DNA from: Squalus acanthias
Lineage: Eukaryota
Length of the DNA stretch: 64,000 bases
NCBI GenBank assembly: GCA_030390025.1
Contig: CM059430.1
Span: 74,338,001 to 74,402,000 of the forward strand
Direction: 5' to 3'
The notes under the pieces: model-generated
The model's input: only the letters and a program-made list of their open reading frames with translations
Told to the model about the DNA's origin: nothing
Databases searched by the model: none
Translations under genes and position numbers: made by a program
Shown here: positions 50,791-63,289 of the stretch, piece by piece
Layout: every line of letters begins with the position of its first letter
Numbering within the stretch: position 1 is the stretch's first letter

Positions 50791-53466
50791 TAATCAGTCA
50801 CCTCAATTGTTTGCGTTCGACTTCCTGAAATAAAAATCAAAACATATCTACAAATAGAAGTCAGATATATAATTAGAAAAACTTGGTAGATTACATTGGT
50901 GGGTTTTCCTGAACGACAGTGTGTCGATCAATGAAACTGCATTTGTCTTAACATTACGGGAGATTTCGTCATGTAAATAACATTTTAATTTGAAGCCATA
51001 TTGCACAGACACCATTTTGGCAAAATATTCATCACTATATGAATATAATTTATTGCCCAGATATATTTTTGCTTATTTACTACAAATGTAATCCGAATTA
51101 TTTCAGATATCAAAATTTCGTCGCCACTTCTCTCAAGAATAATTTACATTTCCGTTGTTAAGAAACTTCACGGGGCATGCATTTATTATATTGTTTCTGA
51201 AATGGTGCTCACCGATCATATAAATGACTTCAGAAGAAACGGTGTTGATGCTATGAAACGTTAAACAGTGTGATGTCTGAAACTGTAATTCATCGAAAGA
51301 CAAGAAATGCATCAACAGCATAAAATTGCACCAGTATAATGGCAGCGAAGATCGTTAAAGGAACAAATTGCATTAATACAGGACGCTCAGAAATTTTTTA
51401 TCTAATTCAAGTAATGAAATGTTGGCTTAGCTGAATGAAAATATAAACGGATAAGTTTGAGGACGGGCAAAGGTGCAGGCGAATGATACGGTTTTCGAAT
51501 ATTTTTGAGCACAGACGGCAAGAGTAAGCCAGATAGACAGTGAATTCCGAAGGAAGACACTGTGTGCTTAAAACTGCTAACTCAGTTGTGGATCGGAGTA
51601 GGAGATCACAAGGAGTAACATGATATCAGCGGGGTGGCGGTTGCTTGTGGGATGTATGGCTGGAGCAGTTCACTTGGGCTGGCAGGAGTGCTTCTCACGC
51701 ATTTGGGCACAAGCTACTCTCTCACACACTCTCTCTCACACACTCTCTCAGACATGCTCTCACACACTCTCTCACACAGTCTCTCTTCCACAATCTCTCT
51801 CACACACTCTCTCAGGGAAGGATTTCTGGATGAGGATGTGGATTTTGGGACCAAGGGAACCTCTGGAACTCGAAAAGGATGGAATTTCGAGAATAAGAAC
51901 ATTTTCTGGGCGAGAGTACGAATTCCAATGTTCTGAACGATTTGAATTTGATGGAGAGTGTAACCAGAGTTCCCAGTGGAGGTGTTTAGTGATAACGAAC
52001 TGCGATATTTGCTAGGCATGCGACAGGCTCGAGGTAGGGTGTGTGAGAGGTAACAGTAGAGAGGAGATCTCTTGGAGGAGTACATGAAGAGGGTGCTGAA
52101 TGGAGGACGAAGATGTTGAGTGGATCCACTTAAGTAGTCTTGATAGCAAAAGAGATGTGAGGAATGGCGCTCAGCTTACTTCGCAGTTAAACTATAAAGT
52201 GAGACATTCAAGATGATGACACATACTAGGCCGGTATCTGGAGTGGTTACTGGATTCAACCACTGCAATAGGAAATAAGCTTTGCTGACATTAAATGTAA
52301 AAACTTTTGTCTCACGAGGGCCTGAATATTCGAAATGGGAAGATCAGTCTTCGGCGGAATATGCTTAGTCGCGAAGTAGGCTGGGTATCGAGTGTCTATC
52401 TGATCCCGGTCCTGTCCTGCTAGGTCACTATGAGATCGCCCATCATTATTGTTCAGGTAGCGAATTATGGATGGAAAACTGCGCTAAATTTAAATGATTA
52501 TATGGGCAGAGGGCGAAAAAGCATTGGAATCGGTCGACTAATAATATTTGCATAAAAACTGCCAGTTCTGAATAAAAGCAAAAAAATAAATAAACCGGAA
52601 TTACACGAACCAGTCAACAACTGCGGAGATAAGAGATAGATGAACAATTGGGATTTGTCTCATCTTGTGAATACAAGAATGAAACAACAGCATTTACATA
52701 TAACCCGGTAAAATGTTAGTGAGTGGGAGGGGACAAATACACAAAGGGAGGAACTAGTGATGGAATAATATTAGGATGAAGTAAAAATTAATCTGTCAGG
52801 AAATAGAATGAAATATTAAGAAATTAAAGACAATAAACAAACAAATAATTCGTGATCATTTGTTGCAGTAAAACCCGTCCCAATGAGAAAAACGTGAAAG
52901 CAGGAGAAAGGGAAATACAAATAGGGAGATTCTGCACTTGTTTAACGATACAAATCAAATCCAGAGAAACTATAAGATGCAATCGGACTGTAGACGAAAA
53001 GATAGAGAATAATATACTGGTTCACCGTGTCAAACTTGATGGTGTGATCAAAGGGGATGGGAAAAGTGTTGACACACATTGCGTAAGTTAAAAGCCGGAA
53101 TTGAGCGTTTCCAACAAAGAATGGTAGAAGGCAAAAACTCGTTCCAAGAATTAGCAATAGAAGGGAAGCCTGGAGAACGAGCAGTAACAGAGTAAAATGG
53201 AAAAGCAACGTAAACGCATCTGTGACTGACAAATCGCTCGAATCTTTTCAGCGTATCCCCGTTTGCCAAACTTAGCTGCAGATCTTCACCGCTGCGTATA
53301 CTAGACTTGTATCTTTGTGGTTAGATCTCGACGTTTTCTTAGAACCAGTCAAATTCATAAGTCAGTTTGCTATCAACGGCGCTCTGTTTGTCTCTATAAC
53401 AAACATTGAGAATAATGATTTAGTTTTTCTTCAAAAAAGCTAAATGAAAATTTCGTCAAATTAATT

Positions 53467-53640
53467 TTAATATCTTCGCAAAACCAAACTTGTTCTGATT
53501 GGCATGATTATTGTTTCCACGTATGAACTGAGCTGTACCTCTGCATACACTGTACATCCTTCGTGTTGTTTAGATTTTTCACCTTCGTTGGAGCCGATCA
53601 GGTCCAGAGCAGCGTTGTCCTCAGCTCCCTCTACTTTTTC
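53467..53640 (-). CDS. Gene B putative cytoplasmic exon with ITSM-like TVYAEV
   Basis: Acceptor gactttatag, phase 0; EKVEGAEDNAALDLIGSNEGEKSKQHEGCTVYAEVQLSSYVETIIMPIRTSLVLRRY*. A possible internal donor (GAG|gtacag) follows TVYAE. Confidence 0.6.
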   Translation of the reverse strand, partial: EKVEGAEDNAALDLIGSNEGEKSKQHEGCTVYAEVQLSSYVETIIMPIRTSLVLRRY

Positions 53641-53691
53641 CTATAAAGTCAATATTTAACATTCATTAAGTTACTTTTTCAGTTTTGACGA

Positions 53692-53982
53692 GGCAAGACG
53701 GTGGCATAGTGGTTAGCACTGTTGTCTCACAGCACCAGGGACCCGGGTTCAAATCCGGCCTCGGGTTAATTGTCTGTGTGGAGTTTACACATTGTCTGCG
53801 TGGGTTTTCTCCGGGTGCTCCGGTTTCCTCCCACAGTCCAAAGATGTGCGGGCTAAGTTGATTTGGCTATGATAAATTGACCCTTAGTGTTAGGGGGATT
53901 AAATACGTGGGGTTACGGGGATATGTGTCGGTGCAGGCTCGATGGGCCGAAATGGCCTCTATCTGCCTTGTGGGATTCTGTG
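53692..53982 (+). mobile_element. HE1-like V-SINE (tRNA-derived head, V domain, CR1-type tail)
   Basis: A box TGGCATAGTGG, B box GGTTCAAATCC, V domain GCGTGGGTTTTCTCCGGGTGCTCCGGTTTCCTCCCAC, tail GATGGGCCGAAATGGCCT. Confidence 0.9.
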
Positions 53983-56239
53983 AAGACGCCAGTATGGATA
54001 ACAAACAATTGAGGCAGCATAGTCGCATTGTTATTCGTTCTTCGGAATCTTAATAGTTTACTATTTCTTTCTGCGATCGACAGCTAGCCAGGGAACAATA
54101 ATCAAAAGCTTCTGGATTTGAAGATTCTAACCTGTTCCTTAATTACATTTTCAATATTGTGAAAGCTATCCGAGAACCTCTGCAAATATTCTATTTCCAG
54201 AAAAATAAGTTTTACGTGTCAGTGCAAAATAATCGATTAGCGTTGTTTAGATATATGACGTGCTGCTTCATTACGTTGTAAAACTAAATTCAGAATGCAT
54301 TATGCTTAGCTCAAAAGTCATGCTTGAATTGTTATGAAATTACTTTATAATTATTAATAACACCAGTGGATCTCACATTGAATTGTTCGGAATTAAAATA
54401 TAATTAAATAGATGAACACAAGTAAACCAATAGCGTCTTCCTCAGCTTAAGGTGTACAGTGTAACAACTGAATAAATAACTCTAGTCCCTGCCATATGAG
54501 AGCTAATAGGTTAAATAATTAAGTGAATTAGAGTAAATAAACAATAAATGCATTCGTACATAGAAAATCAGTTAAATAAATATGCCTCCTATAATGTGGG
54601 GCACGTAATTTTTTCGATTGGCGTCTCTACAAGCTAATACTTGAGACAGCGAAGTTTGATGGACAGATAAAGGAGTAAATACATTTACATAGAGTCGTCG
54701 GTGTACTCTGGATGTTCCAAAGCTTTTCATAGCAAATTAGTTATTTCTAAAATGTAGTTACGATTTTGTTTGGGGCAAAGTATCATCCAATTGATGAAGA
54801 ACATGGTCGCGTAAATAACAATGAATTAAATAAGCAGATAATCTGTGATTTTGCTGTTGCCTGATGAAACAATGATGGCAGGAAAATCGCGATAAGACCC
54901 CTGCTGTTTTTAAAATCGTGCCCTGGTCTCTTCTATGTAACACTGATCAACCATAGGGAGCCTTGGTTTCTCCTCTTATCGAAACCACCGAACCTGGGAC
55001 AATGCATCACACCCTGAGCTCTGCACGTGGATGTCAACCTACATTTTAGAATCAGCTGAAGCAGTGAGGCTTCAAGGCATTATCTGCTGTCTTAACTTAA
55101 GAGCGCTACAGCGGAGTAAAGAAGTAAGAGCTTGAAATGGCTGCAATATTCGTTTAAACGCCGTTTATGCCATTTCTTCCTGATTTCTGTCAAAGTTACA
55201 GGAAGGCTTTTAATTTGCTGTGTACTTACGCGCAGAGACTCGCGTAATCTGGGCACAATCCAATTACGCGGGTTAAAAGATTGAATCATTTTCGACTTTA
55301 TTGAGTTATGCCTGTAATTACAATACGCCCAAATCTCCTCGATTTTTTATGGCTGTTTATTTATCCCTCCACCGGATTGTATCTCCGCCCATAATAATGG
55401 TCCCACTACAGTTACTGAGACTTATACACGAATTTCCTGAATTTGTTGATGCTCAGAGGCTCTCTTAATATTTCGATCGCAATCTAAGGCGCACTCGGAA
55501 AAAAAAACTTTATGGCGGAGCTTTAGTTCAATTTTTGAGGTTTTTAAAAATTATCCTCACTGAGATCTGCATTGTATTTTCCGGTTCTATTATTATTATG
55601 GTATAAGTATACATCAACTTCAAAATTGAAAAGCTTCGCGTTTGCAGGTTCTTCAACTCGGTGCGTATTGTGCATGATGATGGTTGAATCAGACGGAACT
55701 TTATTTGTCATACTTGGAGAAGCAGTATATAGCGTGTGCTCGTTGCTTTCCTTGTGCCTCGATTCTTTACCCTGATTTACGCCCATTTTACGATCTTGCA
55801 TATTGTAATGACATTGGCAATAAATTTGAACGTAACAGCCTCGGCAGAATGGAAACGAGAATGGGCCAATTTTCAGGTCTAATTTCCGGGTTCCGCACAT
55901 AGATGTAGGTTCCTGGCCATCGGCCGATGTCGTTGCTAAAGGTTTTATAATATGTTCATGTATGTTATATGAAAATAATAAAGTTGTTGTTCTATATTTA
56001 TCCTGGACTCACCAGAATCCTTATTATTCGGTAGCTAGTTGGATCGCTCATGAAGGTATGCGTCAGATCACATGTCGTAGGGGACGCGGTTTCCGCTTAG
56101 AGGTGAGACCAGTGACGCAGAACTGAGGAAATATCTAGTGCTGACGCGATATTTGTACGAAAGGAAGGGAGGAATGTCACATTATTCCTAACATGGTGAA
56201 ATAAATATAATTCCAGAGATGTATTTTCTAGGTGTGTCA

Positions 56240-56640
56240 CCCTATTCAGCGCCCTGGATTCATAATCCTGAGCAGAAGAGTTCAAATGGCAGTTTGAGAA
56301 TATAATTCAGTTGAAAAAAATTGGAATTAAAACATCATTAACATTCACTGCAACCATGAAGCCGTTGAATTGTTGTGAACATTCAACTGGTTCAATAATG
56401 TCCTTTAAGGAAGAAAACCTTGTGTCAGGACTCCGTCTATCCTTTACGTGACGCAATCCCAGACCAAAATGGATGAATATTAACTGTCCGCTGAAGTGGG
56501 CTAGCAAGCCACTCAGTTGTAGAAAACCGCTTTCAGCTGTTCAAGAAGAAGGCTCACCAGCACATTCTCAGGACACCAGAGGTGGGCAATTAATATTGGC
56601 CTTGTCTACGACACACATATCTCGACGATGAATAATAAAA
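56240..56640 (+). mobile_element. SINE-like repeat ending in an L2/CR1-type tail
   Basis: Tail TGGGCAATTAATATTGGCCTTG...GAATAATAAAA resembles the LINE 3' end near 18700; related fragments at about 15200-15370 and 60840-61010. Confidence 0.55.
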
Positions 56641-57316
56641 TAAATGTTTGCTCTAGCACCAACTCTACTTTTCCCAGCTTCCACTAGACCGCAACTTGCT
56701 GGTTTAATATAGAGAAGCGCATGTAAATACAAGTTGTTCGAGGCAGCCAGATGGTGAAAAAGTAACAGATGCAGGTTTTACAGTATAGACCGTTTGGGTA
56801 CGATGAGCTGGGAGATGCCAGGTTAGATCATCGGGCAAACAGAATAGGATGGTTTAATTTTGAAAAGCGTAGAAAGGCAGGGTAACAATTATGGACTGTA
56901 TTGGCAGGTAAAAATGCACTATGGCGATCGGAGTTCTCCCTGGTGTCGTTTAATGTAAAATGATCAATTTTGGGAATACTATTCAAGGCGCTATTACCTG
57001 GTTAGCCCGAAGGAACGAGCAACCTTTTGTGACCTCCTCAATACAACAATTGCTCGTTTAAAATATTATGATTTTTTAATTAATAAAATTTAAATGAACA
57101 CTATATCCGACTGTTTAAAATCGGGGCTGGAGTTTCTAAATGTTTCCGTCCTTATTCTATATTTAAATACTTACAGAATAAATTGTGTTTTCTACAGAAC
57201 AGGGAAAAACCAAGACAAAATTCAAAAGTAGTTAAAACAAATTAATGAGAGTGCAAAGTCTGAATGCTTTAGTTGACGTTTGAAACAAAGTAGCGGGAAA
57301 AATAAGATGACCATAC

Positions 57317-57360
57317 CCGATCTTCATGCTGAATAGTATTTACTGAATTTCTCTTGCCGC
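57317..57360 (-). CDS. Gene B putative short cytoplasmic exon GGKRNSVNTIQHEDR
   Basis: Strong acceptor ttttaattttattttccaccag, donor CGG|gtatgg, 44 nt, phase 1 to 0, bridging the TM exon and the 53640 exon in frame. Confidence 0.6.
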
Positions 57361-57883
57361 CTGGTGGAAAATAAAATTAAAATGAATCGACAAGAACGAG
57401 GTGCTATTTCGGTTCATCATCAGACCAATGAAATCAAATATAATGCGGTTAGTTGCAGGTTAAAATAGGGCCACATTTGCATGTTATATCTCAAGAAAGT
57501 TAAAACCGCGCGCATCGTTTGTGTTACGTCCAAGGTGATGAATTTGTGCAAACATCATTGCACCCATGAAATTCAATGATAGAGATCTAGATATCCACCA
57601 ATAGGGTTGAGCAATCTGCTACGATCCTGCTATTTTTCAAGATACGATCTAATATTTGAGTTTACACAAGATGTATGTATGAACATATTTTCTCATCAAC
57701 CCGTCAGTTAGACTGTGCCATTCAGCAGCTCCGCTCCCAAAGCTGTTATCTGTACTCAGTACATTTTAGCCTATACCTACATGCAAAGTATTTGTTTCAG
57801 TATATGTACACTTCTAAGTTAAATAACTTTTTATAATGTGCTGTCAGAAAATCAATGATCAGTAAATTGGGGATGGCTCATAC

Positions 57884-57997
57884 CTTTGGATGTAATGAAT
57901 GGAAGTGCCTTCACAGTGATAATGGCCAACAGTAGAATTATCACCGCACCCCCGGTACATCTAGCGATTAGAACAACACTGATCGTAGAGACAAACA
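57884..57997 (-). CDS. Gene B transmembrane exon VFVSTISVVLIARCTGGAVIILLLAIITVKALPFITSK
   Basis: Acceptor tttgatag, donor G|gtatga, 114 nt, phase 1-1; hydrophobic segment containing Arg. Confidence 0.75.
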
Positions 57998-58812
57998 CTA
58001 TCAAATTGATATAACATCAAAATTATAATGTATGGAATGTAAAACGTATATACAGAGTTCAAATTTTATAAACATATTTCCAAATATACTCCTATGAGAA
58101 TAAAACAACGTGCATAAAGCCTCACCAGATCGATTTCATTATCTCTGTATTCACCAGATTTGTGTGAAACCGGAAACAAATAGTTTGAAATACCCAGTAG
58201 TTTGGATACATAGCAGCAATATTAAATAATGGGAAGAAAACTACACCGAATGGTCGTCTTCTAATTGACGCGATAAAGCGCATTGGATAAGAATTCATCT
58301 GGTCGCGAGATGTCGAAAATAATCAATTAGGTTTGGATGTTTTCTCTGATCAGTATATAGCACAAACTCTGAAAGATATTAAGTTAAGAATTCGTTCGTG
58401 TTTCTCTTTGCAGCCAATCTTCAACAAGGCTTTTTTCCAACTCTCCACAAATGCGACCAAATTAATTATAATTTCATATTTTGTATAGGGTCGAGGGAGC
58501 CGCACTGTGCATCTGCTGATGCTGAGAATGACCTTGGACTGCTTTTGGCTGCAGGAGTGTGAAGGCCTTCAATTACCCACCTCCGTACCTACACCCCTCA
58601 CTAACTTTTCCAGTTTCTGGCATCAAAGCTCAACGTGCTCCCCCTTCTAAGCTTGCAACGTTATGACAGTTAGTCTGAATTATGTAAGCAATGCTGAAGA
58701 CTGGTGTTCACTATTGGCTAAGTTGCTTACGTCCAACTTAATTCTCATCTGATTGAAATAAGCAATATGAGATGGAATCGCGATTAATGTACAACGTGTG
58801 ATTTAATATTAC

Positions 58813-59118
58813 CTTCGTTAGCAACGGTGTAGCTGGCATTAGCTGGAATTGAGTTAGAAACGTGATGTACTTGACAGGTGTAAACTGTGCCGTGCATGAT
58901 TGGCTCTGTCTCCTCTAAGGAGCTGATAACTTCATACAGTCCCTCTGTCTTTGCGTGTTGTTCATTTCTAAATCCAGTCAGGATTGTGGTACCATTTTTA
59001 TGCCAGGTGAGGTTAAAGTCGTTCGGGTAAAAAGGAGCCGTTCTGCACTGGAGCCTCAGAGAAACGGATGAAGCCCCTTCGGATGATACGGATACAATTA
59101 TCAGGGGAGCAGGGGAAG
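58813..59118 (-). CDS. Gene B exon 3: C1-set Ig domain
   Basis: 306 nt, phase 1-1; LQCRTAPFYP, LTWHKNG, YEVISSL, YTCQVHH. Confidence 0.92.
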
Positions 59119-59329
59119 CTAAATGATAAAGAACAAAATTCAGATAAAGCAAAACATCTGACATGTATTCTATCTACTCTTTGATTTTGTAAAATAACAA
59201 ACAGCTCTTTCCGGGCAGCGTAGTTGTATTGATAATCATTATTTATCCTAACTGGAGCCCAATCTAAGGTTTTCTTCGCTGAAGCTAAACGTTCCTCCCC
59301 CGCGGTATTGACATATCAACGTTTTATAT

Positions 59330-59590
59330 AGTAAAGTTGATTTACAACATTGGGCCTCTTTTTGTTAATACCAATGTGTTCGAATCGCCAGGCTGCGCTT
59401 AAATTGTTGCCAGAGTACAGTCGAGGTTCTGCTGCTATACCGAGAAGATTTCTTCTTCTGGAAAATGACAATCGAGTTCGGACCTTGGTCTGGACTACAA
59501 CACTTGCTTTATCCTCTGCGTTTCGCCAGTTCCACGGTACGCCGTTCAGGAATTTTATGTGGAATGCAGAATCTGGAAGCGCCCTCTAAA
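59330..59590 (-). pseudogene. Degenerate V-like pseudo-exon in intron 2 of gene B
   Basis: Remnants VPWNWR, VRTRL and LDCTLATI*AQPGDS in shifting frames. Confidence 0.4.
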
Positions 59591-59968
59591 AGATGCTAAT
59601 CGGAATCGTGCTCTTCTAATTAGATAAACGACATTTAAAAATGTATAATATTTCGAGTAAGCCCAAGATTCTTCATCCTGCCAATTTGTGCTCAAACTTA
59701 AATCCTCTTTTATTTCCCAGCCTTGATTTCACTTTTATCGACAAACAGAAAATCAAATATTTATTGCTGATATAGGTCAGTTGTCACGTTTTGCAGAGAC
59801 CCTGGGACTGGAAACTTTCCATGTTGTTGAACACATGTCCTTCTAAACAAATAGAAAGCTCTACTATTTTATACAGAATGCATTGCTGTATTGAACGCCT
59901 TTGTTAAGCGCAGTTTAAATAGCTGCAGCAACTAAACACTTCACGTTTCTAATTGCAGCCACACTTAC

Positions 59969-60280
59969 CATATACAATAAGTTGTACACCACTATTTTTT
60001 GCAACCGTTTGTTGCTGATATTTTGCTACAGCGTAATACGTTCCGGCGTCCGGGATAGTTACATTCAGGATGTGAAGGTAGGCGCCGCCTCTCTTTACAC
60101 TGAACAATTTTCTGCTGTCTTCTTGCAGGAAGGTCTTATTACCATCTCTCCACCAGTAAACAATTACGTTTGAATGATCGAGATCGAAGGGGAAAGAACA
60201 TCGGAAGGTAACTTCTGTGCCTCTGAGCGCCTTCTTTTTTACAATATCCGGAGACACCTTGTCCGATGTGCCCATAGCAA
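59969..60280 (-). CDS. Gene B exon 2: VJ-type V-set domain, F-strand Cys replaced (YYA)
   Basis: 312 nt, phase 1-1, canonical splice sites, open frame; VTFRC, VYWWR, DAGTYYA, KNSGVQLIV. Confidence 0.9.
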
Positions 60281-60627
60281 CTATGAACAAAAAATGCATA
60301 TTCGGGTTTAATCATTCAGAAATAAGGAAGATGAACTGCAGCACCAAAATAACATCGTGCGTCCAGTCCTTTCCAAATGATACATTTGTAATTCAATGTA
60401 CCTAATTATAAGACTTATTTTCCAGTTTCTGAATGAGTTTTCTCATAGAATTATCATAAATAACATTACCTTTGTCAGCCAGTTATTTCCCTCTGGCAAG
60501 GAACACATGATATGAAAACAATTCATCAAATTAAAACAGTATAAACAATACCCGTTTGCACATCAACTATAAGCTGATGTGCTGTGTCAGGAACAGTTAA
60601 TGCATACAAAAAGTAATAAAAGTGTAC

Positions 60628-60682
60628 CTGGATACAAAATGCACAGGAAACGCATGCCCCAAAGTGACACATTCATAAACAT
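60628..60682 (-). CDS. Gene B exon 1: signal peptide MFMNVSLWGMRFLCILYP
   Basis: 55 nt, phase-1 donor CAG|gtacac, paralogous to 14991-15045. Confidence 0.72.
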
Positions 60683-62547
60683 ATCGGCAAAGAAAATACG
60701 GTAGATCATCCGTCGTGTCTTAGAGCGGAATGGGTGAAGATTTGACGAATGGGCGGCTGTGTGCTTAATATAATCTCCTACTGATCTGTGATGTCAGACA
60801 GCACATGATTTTTTAATTGCATAATGTTTTTTCATTCATTCGCGTAATGTGGGCATCGCTGGCACGTCCAGCATTTATTACCATTCCTAGTTACCACTGA
60901 GAAGTTGATGGTGAGCTGCTTTCTTGAACAGCCTCAGTTTTTCGCAGCGCACAACTGAATGGTTTGGTAGGCTTTTTCAGAGAGCAGTTAAGAGTTCACC
61001 ACATTAGTGGGGAAATGCATGCCCCTTAGAGGTGATCAGCCAAGGTAGTTGTGAGCAGAAACGGTAGCAGGAACTAGGGGGTTGTAGTAAAAGCAAAATA
61101 CAGAGCTTAATACAATTGCACATGAGCTCACATTCCATAAATCCTCTTTTCTTCACCCGCCAAGACGGACGAATACTGCATATCCTCGGTGATTTTGATT
61201 CTGAAGAATCTGCTAATTGGGTCCATTGTTGTCCTAAGAAGGATAGCCTGAGTACGAAAGTCCATTTCTGTCGGGCTGCTTCGTGTAAGAAATATTATTG
61301 GAAGTAAGGATGTTCCACAGATTGTTTGACCGAGCCACAATTAGAAGACTTGATGGCACGGCAATATTGTGGTAGTGGAGGTAATTGAATGTAGGTGGAA
61401 TAACTGTGTCGACTTTCATATTTATCTTCGAATTGCTTTTAAGAATTTCAGAGCATTATATGGACTATGGATATTAGTCATTTTACTATAAAAACTGTGA
61501 CTACAGTTGGATTCAGGTCCCCAGTAGCAGTATAACTCGCCAGTCAGGTTCCGAATTTAATCTGGAGCTCATTGGTGTCAAGCAGTGATAGAGTGAAATG
61601 CTCTCCGCCTCGAAAATCAGTCCCCTATAACTTGTGGCTGGGTGTAAAAAGCAGCATCTCCTGGACATTCAACAAGCTATTCAATAAATTGCGATGTGGA
61701 AACATGGCAGTTTTGTCACTTTAGCCCATCTGTCTAACACTCCGTCCGACGCCGCTTAAGAAAAGCGTTAAACCAACGCCCAAAAATTGAAATCACCTCT
61801 ATAATCTGTAATCCCAACATAAAAATGTGTTGTCAGTTTCATGGTATTTTCCCCGATATCCCAGCATAACTTCTCGTGAATATCTGCGGTAAGCCCGTGA
61901 AAATTCTGGTCCTTAAAGTTTTAGCATTTTCCCTTGGTCAAGACCAAATTTGGATACAATTTCATTGAGAATTTTTATTTAAAAATCGCAGTTATAGTTA
62001 CATCCCAAAGTAGGCAGTTTCACCAAGTAATAAATAAACTAAATTTAGTTGGAGGTAGAAAGATACAAAAGTCTAATTTAGCAAATGATATATATCAAAA
62101 ATTGAAATTAAAAAATACTTGCCTTATGCATTGCGTTAATGTGCGTAGTTAATATAAAACTGCACTGTCACTTATTGTAAATAACTGACCTTTATAGTTA
62201 AATGGTGTACCAGAAAATCATTTATTGAGCGCTTGTTTCAACTCATTCTCTTGGAATTACTGCAGAGTTTCCTGCCAACTCCCTACACAGCATAGGAGAA
62301 GCATTAGTGGGAACCCCAGAGAAAGTCACAGCAAATATTTCAAATTCCTGATTAAAACCTCATCAGCTACGCTATGACGAGGTCACAAATTCTGAGAAAA
62401 TAGTATATCAGCGATGGTTCCTGTCTGTTTTTTCACTTAATTCAACAAACCCGTGCTAATGGCTGAGCTGACCTTAGCATTGAATTAACTGCTTTATTTT
62501 GTTATTGGCTGTAACGAGCGGTAGCGATTCTGCATTTGACCAATAAT

Positions 62548-63289
62548 GGCCCAAAAATTAGTGAGTGAGCCTTCGTGCGAGGGTAAGGCCTTCCCGCGAT
62601 CTCTCACTGCGCGCTGGCTTTTTCAGTCCGAGCTCGCACGAACTTGATGTTCTGGACAGCATCTGTGCAGTGCTTTCGTTTCCCACAGGCGTAGTTAATT
62701 CGTGCGAGCTGTGGGATCACGTGACTCAGTTAGAGCAAATGGCAGCACACCATCTTTCATTCATAACTTTCACAGCACGGCTGTGAAAGCTATGAATACT
62801 ATACCCCCCCCAAAAGAACAGCTAAACCTCAATTAAATTGAAAAAAAACATCAGATTAATAAAATAAGTATAGTTAAATAAATTAACCATTTTAAACAAA
62901 AAATTAAATTTTTGAAAAAAATTAAAATCTTTTAAAAAGTTATAAAAATAAACTTACCTGTCTTTAAAGTCTCTAAAAAAGATATACCTGTTAAATTTTT
63001 TTTTAACTAATACATAATTAAGTACTTACGTTTTTAAAAGAGGGTCTAACGCCTCCTTTCTTTATGTCTAAAATCTTCCATGCTTACCTGGGCGTCCAAA
63101 GCACTAAGTGCACTGCGTGCGCGCAGCCTGTAGCGCGCACGCGGTTCACCTAGGAACCGCCCCCTTTTGAATTCACCAAGTGCCGCTTGTCAGCGCATGC
63201 GCAGTGCATGCAGAAAACCGGCAATTGGAGACAGAATACGTGAGAGTACACAGTGAGTACTCTCGCGTAGCGGCACTAATTTTTGGGCC
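62548..63289 (+). mobile_element. Harbinger-like MITE with AAT TSD
   Basis: Near-perfect TIRs GGCCCAAAAATTAGTG / CACTAATTTTTGGGCC, AAT on both sides. Confidence 0.88.

Noticed and set aside
52942-53232. Hydrophobic ORF resembling a TM or leader exon
   Set aside because: No splice context or paralogous support; likely from T-rich composition.
53692-53765. tRNA gene
   Set aside because: It is the tRNA-derived head of a V-SINE.
55544-55900. ORF containing EHTLYTAS as an alternative tail exon
   Set aside because: No convincing acceptor and the motif does not fit ITIM/ITSM consensus; cannot be fully excluded as a decayed tail duplicate.
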